Assembly: GCA_937872685.1 (NCBI GenBank)
Contig: CALMTS010000500.1
Coordinates: 11,560-75,559, forward strand
DNA from: an uncultured Desulfomicrobium sp.
Lineage (GTDB): Bacteria > Desulfobacterota > Desulfovibrionia > Desulfovibrionales > Desulfomicrobiaceae
Reading direction: 5' to 3'
Length of the DNA stretch: 64,000 bases
The notes beneath the pieces are model-generated. The model made no database searches. It was given only the letters and a program-made list of their open reading frames with translations, and had not been told where the DNA came from. How positions within the stretch are numbered: position 1 is the first letter of the stretch; every line of letters starts with the position of its first letter. The position numbers were made by a program, and so were the translations under genes. This document shows positions 55,247 through 63,045 of the stretch, piece after piece.

Positions 55247-57307
55247 ATGCAGGATCAACTTCAAAAACAGAGGACTTTCGCCCTGATAGGGCATGGAGGA
55301 ACCGGGAAAACGTCGGTGGCCGAGATGCTGCTGTTCAATTCCGGTTCCATCACGAGGTTGGGAAAGATCGACGAAGGGACCACCGCCCTTGACTACGAGC
55401 CCGAGGAGATCAAGCGCCGGGGCAGCATCCAGCCGGCCTTCGCCCAGTTCGCCTGGAAAAAGAACCTGAACTTTCTTATCGATACGCCCGGCGACAACAA
55501 TTTCATCGGAGATCTTCCCTATCTCATGCAGGGCGCGGACAATGCCGTCCTGGTCATCGACGCCATCGACGGGGTCAAGCCCCTGACCAAGAAGATCTGG
55601 TCCGAAGTGGACAAGGCCGGCCTGCCTGCCATGGTCTTCATCAACAAGATGGACCGGGAACGAGCCAATTTTCAGATGGCCTACCAGGGCCTTTCCGACG
55701 TCCTCGGCATCAAGCCGGTTCTGCTCTTCATGCCCATCGGCAGCGAGACGAGCTTCAGCGGCGTGGTCGATGTGCTTGCCGGAAAAGCCTACTCCTTTGA
55801 CGAGAAGGGCGAGCTCAAAGCCATCGACATGCCTGCGGACCTCGCCGACGAAGTTACCACGGCCCGCGAGATCGCCGTCGAGAATATCGCGGAGAGCAGC
55901 GAAGAGCTGATGGAGAAATATCTCGAGGAAGGGGAGCTCACGGAAGAAGAGATGACCGAGGGACTGCGCGCAGGCGTTTTGAGCCGTGCCCTTGTTCCGG
56001 TCTGCGCCGGGGCCGCCTTGCAGAACAAGGGCGGGTGGCCGCTTCTGGACATCCTGCAGAACTATATGGCTTCGCCTCTGGAGCACGCGGCATGGCTGGA
56101 CGCCGACGGAAACGAGCGTCCGTCGAGTCATGACGCCCCCTTCGCTGCCTTTGTCTTCAAGACCATCGCCGATCCCTTTGCCGGCCAGCTTTCGGTCATG
56201 CGCGTGCTTTCGGGCGTCCTGTCCCCCGACGCCTCGGTCCTGAACGCAACCAAGGACGAAAAGGAAAAGATCGGACAGATCCTTTTCCTCGAAGGCAAAA
56301 AGCAGACCCCGTGCAAGCAGGAAGTCGGTCCCGGGGCCGTGGTGGCCGTGGCCAAGCTCAAGAGCACCGTGACCGGCGACACCCTGTGCGCCGAGAAAGC
56401 CCCCTTTGTCCTGCCCAAGCCGGCCCTGAGCCCGGCCATCATCTCCTACGCCCTGGCGGCGGCCGAGAAGGGCGACGAAGACAAGGTCTTCGCCGCGGTC
56501 CAGAAACTCCTCGACGAAGACATCAATCTGCATCTGGTGCGCAATGACGAGACCGGCGACATGCTCCTGACGGGCATGGGCCAGCTGCATATCGAACTGG
56601 CCGTGGAGAAGGTCAAGCGCCGCTACAAGACAAATATCGTGCTTAAGACCCCCAAGATCCCCTACCGCGAGACCATCAAGGGCAAGGCACAGGTCCAGGG
56701 CCGTCACAAGAAGCAGTCCGGAGGCCGCGGCCAGTTCGGCGACTGCTGGATTCGCATGGAGCCCAACAAGCGCGGGGGCGGCTACGAGTTTCTTGACGAG
56801 ATCGTGGGCGGCTCCATCCCGCGCAACTACATCCCTGCTGTGGACAAGGGCGTCCAGGAAGCTGCCGCGCGCGGTTTTCTGGCCGGCTACCCCCTGGTCG
56901 ACTTCAAGGTGGCGGTCTACGACGGCTCCTACCACACTGTGGATTCCTCGGAAATGGCCTTCAAGATCGCCGGCTCCCTGGCCTTCAAGAAGGCTGTCGA
57001 AATGTGCAACCCCATCCTGCTCGAACCCATCATGCTCGCCGCGGTCTTCATCCCCGATGAGTTCATGGGCGACGTCATCGGCGACCTTTCCAGCCGCCGC
57101 GGCCGCGTCCTGGGCTCCGACTCCATCGGCGGCATCACCGAGGTCAAGGCCCACGTGCCCATGGCCGAAATGATGAAGTACGCCCCGGACCTGCGCTCCA
57201 TGACCGGCGGCCAGGGCACCTTCACCATGGAGTTCGCCCACTACGAGGAATGCCCGCCCAACGTGACCGAACAGGTCATCGCCGAGAGCAAGAAGGAAGA
57301 GGAATAG
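55247..57307 (+). CDS. Elongation factor G paralogue (EF-G II / FusA2 type)
   Basis: GHGGTGKT, DTPG, NKMD, PKIPYRETI, HKKQSGGRGQFG, SRRG, LRSMTGGQG; switch I and the catalytic His diverge. Confidence 0.9.
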   Translation: MQDQLQKQRTFALIGHGGTGKTSVAEMLLFNSGSITRLGKIDEGTTALDYEPEEIKRRGSIQPAFAQFAWKKNLNFLIDTPGDNNFIGDLPYLMQGADNAVLVIDAIDGVKPLTKKIWSEVDKAGLPAMVFINKMDRERANFQMAYQGLSDVLGIKPVLLFMPIGSETSFSGVVDVLAGKAYSFDEKGELKAIDMPADLADEVTTAREIAVENIAESSEELMEKYLEEGELTEEEMTEGLRAGVLSRALVPVCAGAALQNKGGWPLLDILQNYMASPLEHAAWLDADGNERPSSHDAPFAAFVFKTIADPFAGQLSVMRVLSGVLSPDASVLNATKDEKEKIGQILFLEGKKQTPCKQEVGPGAVVAVAKLKSTVTGDTLCAEKAPFVLPKPALSPAIISYALAAAEKGDEDKVFAAVQKLLDEDINLHLVRNDETGDMLLTGMGQLHIELAVEKVKRRYKTNIVLKTPKIPYRETIKGKAQVQGRHKKQSGGRGQFGDCWIRMEPNKRGGGYEFLDEIVGGSIPRNYIPAVDKGVQEAAARGFLAGYPLVDFKVAVYDGSYHTVDSSEMAFKIAGSLAFKKAVEMCNPILLEPIMLAAVFIPDEFMGDVIGDLSSRRGRVLGSDSIGGITEVKAHVPMAEMMKYAPDLRSMTGGQGTFTMEFAHYEECPPNVTEQVIAESKKEEE

Positions 57308-57359
57308 CCCATCCTGGAAAACTCTCGGGTCGTCATGGACGATCCGGGCCGCTCATAAA

Positions 57360-57396
57360 CGAAGCCCCCGCCGTGAGGTCGGGGGCTTCGCTTTTT
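57360..57396 (+). terminator. Intrinsic terminator after the EF-G paralogue
   Basis: CGAAGCCCCCG/CGGGGGCTTCG stem followed by CTTTTT. Confidence 0.8.
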
Positions 57397-57619
57397 GGAA
57401 GGTCTTCACGCCCAGGGGCGGGATATGGCGATTCGATGCTGTTGGCATCCGCGACGCATTCATGAGTTCGGACGCGGGGCGCCGGCGGAAGTAGACCAGA
57501 TTTGTGTGTTCTTCTCCAATTCCTTCCATGCCACTCGCCAGCCAACGCTCCTTTGGCCCTGTGTCATTGACCCCCCATGTGGATTGCAGTACCCGGATTT
57601 GAACTGAAAGGATGCGGTA

Positions 57620-58888
57620 ATGATACGCGATACAGACATTGGCGGTCCATCAAACAGGGACGCCATTCCGATTCAAGACCTGCGAAGCTTCTTGAACGAC
57701 TTTCCTGCTCTGCTCTGGCGGATTGAAATCGCTCGGTCGCGGATCGAATTCCTGAACGATTATCCCCTTCATCCCCTGGGAGACAGCGCCCGGCTGTTTT
57801 TGAAGAACAGGGCGTTCCGGAAGCAGATGCTTCTCCCCGAGGACGCCCACCTGCTGGACAAGTTCCTGGATGCCGTCAGCCAGGGCCAAACCATGGCCAC
57901 GGTCTTTCGCGTGTACACTCCGGCGGATTCCATCATGTGGCTCAAGCTCACCGGCACGATGAACTCTTCGGACCCGCGCTATTATTACGGCTATCTCCTC
58001 GACGTGGGCGATACTGTGGATGTGATCCGGGACATCCAGCGCAGTGAAGCCGCTTCCCGTATGCGTATCGAGAACGTGCCCACACCTATCCTGCTCGTGA
58101 ATCACCAATCCCTGCGACTGCGTCAGGCCAACGCCGCCGCCCGCAACCTGTTCGGGCTGCCCAGTGCCTCCACCGGAACGCTGCCCCATTTTTCCGAAAT
58201 ATCACCTCATTTGATCGAGAGCCTGGGAAGTATTCTGAACGATCTTCCGAGCCAGCCGTGGCAGGGAGTGCTCGAATTCTGCACGACTCAGGGAGAAACC
58301 TTCAAGGCCATGGCCTGGCTGAATTGGGTGCCATGGAAGCAGACGGCCCTGGTCCGGATTTCGGTGATGCCCGTTTCCGACAACAAGAGGGATGATCAGA
58401 AGCTGGCGCGAAACCTGCGGTCCACGTTCAGCGGCGCGCCGAACCTATCGGCCATGCTGGGACAGGCCCTGGAGCATCCGGATATCAGCAAAAGATGCAA
58501 TGCGGTCATGCTTTCGGACGTCCACGCCCGAAGCAACACGGTCCAGGTCTACGGAGCCGGCGCTCCGCTGGCAGACATGCCCGCCGGCGAAACTTTTTCG
58601 TACAGGGGGACCATCGCCGAAGACATCGAGCGCTTCGATCTCGACCACCTGGTGGTGGACGACACCATGGACAGCATCAAGCCCATCGACTGGGCGCTGT
58701 TCATACCGCGCGGCATTCGCTCCTACTTTGCCAAGCCGTTTTACGACGAAGAAGGTCTGCGTACGGTGCTCATTCTCTGCTCTACGGAGCCGGAACGGTT
58801 TGTGGACGTCAAGCCGGACGCCTTCGATCATGTTCTTGTCCCGCTTGAGGAGGCCATCCGGTCCTTTCGCAGGAAACACGGTCGCTAG
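57620..58888 (+). CDS. PAS-PAS-GAF-like sensor protein with no output domain
   Basis: PAS signatures (WLKLTG, PILLVN...ANAAARNLFG) and a C-terminal GAF-like region (GIRSYFAKP). Confidence 0.6.
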   Translation: MIRDTDIGGPSNRDAIPIQDLRSFLNDFPALLWRIEIARSRIEFLNDYPLHPLGDSARLFLKNRAFRKQMLLPEDAHLLDKFLDAVSQGQTMATVFRVYTPADSIMWLKLTGTMNSSDPRYYYGYLLDVGDTVDVIRDIQRSEAASRMRIENVPTPILLVNHQSLRLRQANAAARNLFGLPSASTGTLPHFSEISPHLIESLGSILNDLPSQPWQGVLEFCTTQGETFKAMAWLNWVPWKQTALVRISVMPVSDNKRDDQKLARNLRSTFSGAPNLSAMLGQALEHPDISKRCNAVMLSDVHARSNTVQVYGAGAPLADMPAGETFSYRGTIAEDIERFDLDHLVVDDTMDSIKPIDWALFIPRGIRSYFAKPFYDEEGLRTVLILCSTEPERFVDVKPDAFDHVLVPLEEAIRSFRRKHGR

Positions 58889-59167
58889 AAGCGACGAAAC
58901 CATCTCTGGCATCGGATTTTGGACATACGGCGTCTGGACGTGAAAAGGCCCCCGACTGGGCGTTCAGCGTCTGTGTCAGGCGTTCAAAATCATTCTGTTG
59001 AGCCCCTCTTCTCCTTCATACCCATAAAATTCCCGCTGAAAATGTAGTCAGCCTTTGGCATTTTCCGCTAACCGCTTGTTCTCCCAGCGTTTCGGATTGG
59101 GATGATTTCTTGTGGCCTTTTGTATGCCCAGAATTGGATCACCCAGTATTTTCGTCGGAATTACATG

Positions 59168-59184
59168 AATTGGTTGAACCAAAT
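59168..59184. promoter_or_regulatory. FadR-subfamily (PdhR/LldR-like) operator O1
   Basis: AATTGGT-TGA-ACCAAAT matches AATTGGTnnnACCAATT at 13 of 14 specified positions. Confidence 0.7.
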
Positions 59185-59268
59185 GCAATATTGGGTCAAA
59201 AAACCGAGAAAAGTGGGCCGATCTTACAGTTTTCGTGAAAAAAATTTGCCGCATCGTGCCCCTTGGAT

Positions 59269-59285
59269 GATTGGTAACACCAATA
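59269..59285. promoter_or_regulatory. FadR-subfamily operator O2
   Basis: ATTGGT-AAC-ACCAAT has perfect 6-bp arms; lies about 30 nt upstream of the regulator ATG. Confidence 0.72.
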
Positions 59286-59313
59286 GCGTTTCAAAACGCA
59301 AGGATCATTCGGC

Positions 59314-60069
59314 ATGGGAAAGAAGGACAAAGCCCTCGAAAAACTCGGGCAGATCATTCAGGACTTGGGACTCAAGGCCGGAGACAGGCTCCCGCCGGAG
59401 CGAAGTCTCGTGGAGCAACTCGACGTCAGCCGCAATACCTTGCGCGGCATTCTGCACTCTCTCGAAGCACGGGGCCTGATGGCCATCAGGCCCGGCAGCG
59501 GTTGCTACTTGCGCGTGGGGATATCCGCTACTCAGGACAATCCCCTGGATCTGAACCTCAGCCCGGAAAAGGCCATCGCGGACCAGCTCGAAGCAGCTTA
59601 CCTGATCATGCCCATGGTCGCCGAACATGCTGCCGAACGCATCGGCGAACGGCATCTGGAAGACCTGAAGCAATGCAGCGTGAACATCTCCCGTTCCATA
59701 TTCCAGGAGTCCACCGAGCGCGTGTGGAGCGAGAGTCTGACGTTTTTCCGGCTCATGGCCGTGGGCACGGGCAACGATTTTCTGGTGCGCACGGTGGAGC
59801 AGGTCTGTTCCGCGGACATGGCCGCCTACGACTTCTTCTTCTCTATCAGGCGGGACGAGCGCGAGGCCATCTTTGCGGACCACATCAAGCTGCTGCACGC
59901 CCTGCGCGCCCGGGACAGGGAGTGGGCCAGGTCCATAACCGCCAATTTCTTCCTGCGCATGAGCCGCATCCTGGAAGAACGGGAACAGGTGCCCATGACC
60001 GACCTTGTCTTCCGTTCGCTCAGGAAGAAGGCCGAACAGGATAAGAGGAACGAGACGTGGCGAACCTGA
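59314..60069 (+). CDS. GntR family regulator, FadR/FCD subfamily
   Basis: GDRLPPERSL..LDVSRNTLR wHTH, RPGSGCY, FCD-like C-terminus (TGNDFL, DHIKLL). Confidence 0.88.
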   Translation: MGKKDKALEKLGQIIQDLGLKAGDRLPPERSLVEQLDVSRNTLRGILHSLEARGLMAIRPGSGCYLRVGISATQDNPLDLNLSPEKAIADQLEAAYLIMPMVAEHAAERIGERHLEDLKQCSVNISRSIFQESTERVWSESLTFFRLMAVGTGNDFLVRTVEQVCSADMAAYDFFFSIRRDEREAIFADHIKLLHALRARDREWARSITANFFLRMSRILEEREQVPMTDLVFRSLRKKAEQDKRNETWRT

Positions 60070-60320
60070 CGCGCAGGCAGTTTTTCAGGGGAGGTTTCCA
60101 GACCGGGCGGCATGTCGTCGCCGTGGCCGCAGGCAATGAACAGCCGAAGCCGGAGATCAGACCGGGCGGGCTGGGGGCCATTGCAGGGGATTTCCCCCCG
60201 GAGATGCTTGCTTTGGAAGCACAGAGGCTGGGGCTGGACCCGGACTCCACGGACCGTGAAACCCTGCTGGCGGCCGTCTACGCCGCCATGACGGGCCACG
60301 GTCCGGGAAACACCGGGTAA
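60057..60320 (+). CDS. Small hypothetical protein with an N-terminal twin-arginine-like motif
   Basis: GTG start with GAGG SD, overlaps the regulator 3' end; TRRQFF; 87 aa. Confidence 0.55.
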   Translation: MANLTRRQFFRGGFQTGRHVVAVAAGNEQPKPEIRPGGLGAIAGDFPPEMLALEAQRLGLDPDSTDRETLLAAVYAAMTGHGPGNTG

Positions 60321-60388
60321 AACCGAACAATCCGGGAAGGCGGGGTGGGGCCCGCGTCCCGGTATCCCCTTTAAGGAGGAGGTTGCTT

Positions 60389-61807
60389 ATGGAACGGTTT
60401 GGTGAAGGCTACTTGGAAGAGCGAAAACTCGTCAAGCGATGGGCGGGGCCTGTGCCCGCGCTGGTCAGCCTGGCGCTGACGCTCGCCGTCTTCTATCTGA
60501 CCTGGTGGATTTTCCAGGACCCGCGCGGCGTCATGCGCATGTACACCCCGTATGTGGGCTACATGTACTGCCGCTGGTGGCTGATCATGATGATCTGGAT
60601 GGTCTATATCTTCAACTACTGGCCATTCAAGAGAAAATGGCTTGAAACGGCCCACCCGTTGCTCAAGGGGACCGTCTTGACGGCGGTTTCGGCAGTCATT
60701 CTGCTCGTGCTCATCAAGGGATTCTTCGAATATCTGCTGGGCAATTTCGGGCTGGCCTACTTCAATCCCGCGCAGCTGGAAAAGCTGCCCGGCGTGACGA
60801 GTTTCTTCGCCATCGAGTATTCGGCCCTGGCCATCCTGATGTTCGCGGCCATCGCGAGCTGGCTGTCGCCCGCGTGGGTCGTGGCTTTCGAAGAGGCGCC
60901 GTGGCAGAAACTTCCGCAACCCGCCAAGGGCTTCTCCATTCTGATCATGACCTTTTTCCTGTCCACGGTGGTCTATTTCGTGACCATGCATCCGCACATG
61001 GGCATCCTGTACCACCCGTGGCAGTATTTCACGTCCATCGCCCCGCCGTACTGGGAACAATTCGCTGACACGGTCTCGGGCAATTTCCACGTATCCTGGA
61101 TCATGTGCTGTACGGTGGTGGTCTGGCTTGTGGAAACCATCTGGGAGCGCTACCCCTTCAACCTCATCAAGAACGATTGGGCGCGCCGCTTTGCGTGCTT
61201 TTTCGGCATCATCGCCATCGCGCTGGCCATGCACTTCTTCCTGTACTTCGCCCAAGAACTGACCTGGGGCGAGGCCATCCGCGGCACCCGCAGGGATTTC
61301 GCACCGGACTGGCGCTGGCTGCATGTCGGTGAAATGGCCATCTTCTTCCTGGTCCCGGCCCTGTTCCTGACCTTCTATTGCGACAACTGGCCAAAGAAGT
61401 ACTCCATGCCCGTCAACGTGCTCCTGCGCACCGTGGTCACGCTGGCCGGCGCCATCGCGCTGTACATCGTCTACTACAAGACCTCGCACCTGTTCCTCGG
61501 CACGCAGAAGGGCTTCTCGCATCCGCAGCAGTTCCCCATGATTCCGATGATCTGGCTGGTCAACATCTGGCTTGTGCACCACTGGTTCATGGACAACTGG
61601 CCCGCGTGGAAGATGGTTCCCAAGACCGTAGCGGAGATCGAGGCCGACCATGCCGCCCACAAGGCCGCCATCGGCGAGGTTCGCTGGACGCCCAAGTTCG
61701 GCGCGGGCCTCGGCGCCGGCGTCGCCATGGGCGTGGTCTTCTACTTCGTGACGGTCTGGGCCCTGCCCGCCGTCTACGAATACGTCAACATCATCCCCGG
61801 CAAGTAG
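60389..61807 (+). CDS. Uncharacterised polytopic membrane protein (about 11-12 TM) with internal repeats; probable transporter or membrane module
   Basis: AAGGAGGAGG SD; strong codon bias; alternating hydrophobic helices; recurrent (F/W/C/M)-(D/E/N)-x-(W/Y/A)-P motif. Confidence 0.75.
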   Translation: MERFGEGYLEERKLVKRWAGPVPALVSLALTLAVFYLTWWIFQDPRGVMRMYTPYVGYMYCRWWLIMMIWMVYIFNYWPFKRKWLETAHPLLKGTVLTAVSAVILLVLIKGFFEYLLGNFGLAYFNPAQLEKLPGVTSFFAIEYSALAILMFAAIASWLSPAWVVAFEEAPWQKLPQPAKGFSILIMTFFLSTVVYFVTMHPHMGILYHPWQYFTSIAPPYWEQFADTVSGNFHVSWIMCCTVVVWLVETIWERYPFNLIKNDWARRFACFFGIIAIALAMHFFLYFAQELTWGEAIRGTRRDFAPDWRWLHVGEMAIFFLVPALFLTFYCDNWPKKYSMPVNVLLRTVVTLAGAIALYIVYYKTSHLFLGTQKGFSHPQQFPMIPMIWLVNIWLVHHWFMDNWPAWKMVPKTVAEIEADHAAHKAAIGEVRWTPKFGAGLGAGVAMGVVFYFVTVWALPAVYEYVNIIPGK

Positions 61808-61826
61808 CCCGGAACAGGAGCATCGC

Positions 61827-62984
61827 ATGTCAGACAACATGAAGAGACGCGACTTCCTGAAGGGAGCCGCCACAGGCGTGGGCGTCGGCCTGCTGGGGGC
61901 CATGGGACTCTATTCCTACTCCCCGCTGCGCAAGAGCCATTTCAGCAAGCCCGAGCGCAAGATGGCCGACATCGGCACGTGCAAGGGCATCAAGGTCACC
62001 AACATCTCGGAAACCAGCTGGTTCGAGAATGGCGTACTCATGGGCGACATCAAGGGCGCGGGCGGCCTGCTCGTGAACCAGTACGAGTACAACTGGCCTC
62101 CGTTCGGTAACGGCAAGGGGCTGGGCAAGGGCTCCTACGAGGAAGGGATTTCCCAGATCAAGCATTTGCTTCCCGACCGTCTGGACGAGGCGTGGGAGAT
62201 CATCCAGGGCAATTCCGTGCATCCGGAAAACGCCGGCGGTTATGCGGCGCTGGTCGAGGTCGAGGAAATGAGCGGCACGAAGCGCAAGTTCCTGCTCGAT
62301 GTGGGCTGGTCCTACAAATGGTGCGACGAGTGCTTCAAGCGCGAGGGCATCGACAAGATGCTCCAGAACAAGGAGATCGAGGCCCTGTTCTTCTCCCACG
62401 AGCACTTCGACCACTTCTGGGGCCTTCCGGTCGCCCTGAAATACGATCCGGAAATCACCATCTACATCCCCGAGGGTTTCTATCCCGAAGGCCTGCAGTA
62501 CATTAAGGACTGCGGCCACAAGGGCGAACTCATCACGGTCAAGCCGGGCCTCAACAAAGTCATCCCCGGCATGGCGAGCTACGTCTTCGCCATTCCCATC
62601 ATCTGCCGCGTGTACGGGGAGCAGTCCCTGTACTTCAACGTCGCGGAAAAGGGCCTCGTCAGCGTCACGGGCTGCTGCCACCAAGGAATCATCCAGTTCG
62701 CCGAGACCGCCTACAAGGAGATCAAATACGAGAACGACAACTTCTACGGCATCTACGGCGGCCTGCACATCTCACCCTTCGACGACTGGGACCCGAAATA
62801 CGACGACTTGGTCATCTCGCTGCATGACTACGGCTTCGAGCGCATCGGCTGCAACCACTGCACCGGCGTGCTCTGCGCCAAGAAGTTCATCGCCGCAGGA
62901 TACCCGGTGGTGGAGGGAACAGCCCGCTTCAAATCCAAGGACAAGGCGTATCTCGGCAACGGGGACACCATCACCTTCGGGTGA
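61827..62984 (+). CDS. Tat-signal MBL-fold metallo-hydrolase (COG1237-like)
   Basis: KRRDFLK Tat motif + h-region; LLDVG, SHEHFDH, GCCHQG, GGLH, NHCTG. Confidence 0.85.
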   Translation: MSDNMKRRDFLKGAATGVGVGLLGAMGLYSYSPLRKSHFSKPERKMADIGTCKGIKVTNISETSWFENGVLMGDIKGAGGLLVNQYEYNWPPFGNGKGLGKGSYEEGISQIKHLLPDRLDEAWEIIQGNSVHPENAGGYAALVEVEEMSGTKRKFLLDVGWSYKWCDECFKREGIDKMLQNKEIEALFFSHEHFDHFWGLPVALKYDPEITIYIPEGFYPEGLQYIKDCGHKGELITVKPGLNKVIPGMASYVFAIPIICRVYGEQSLYFNVAEKGLVSVTGCCHQGIIQFAETAYKEIKYENDNFYGIYGGLHISPFDDWDPKYDDLVISLHDYGFERIGCNHCTGVLCAKKFIAAGYPVVEGTARFKSKDKAYLGNGDTITFG

Positions 62985-62999
62985 CGTCTGATCCATCCC

Positions 63000-63035
63000 C
63001 GGCCGTCCTCCCCGTGAGGGCGGCCGGGCCTTTTT
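63000..63035 (+). terminator. Terminator-like hairpin between the MBL gene and the COG0523 gene
   Basis: CGGCCGTCCTC/GAGGGCGGCCG stem (one G-U pair) followed by CCTTTTT. Confidence 0.6.
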
Positions 63036-63045
63036 CGGAGACCCC

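Noticed and set aside
55133-57241. 702-aa ORF antisense to the EF-G paralogue, and similar long shadows at 5968-7389, 18856-20145, 27231-28838 (extension), 33554-34579, 41118-43106, 47705-49075, 53153-54625 and 60371-61903
   Set aside because: Each overlaps a well-supported gene, or is an over-extended start. Long alternative frames are expected in high-GC DNA.
57441-57460. TTGGCA-N-GC sigma54-like spacing upstream of the PAS-GAF gene
   Set aside because: GG-N10-GC spacing is present, but the conserved TT before GC is absent; could be chance.
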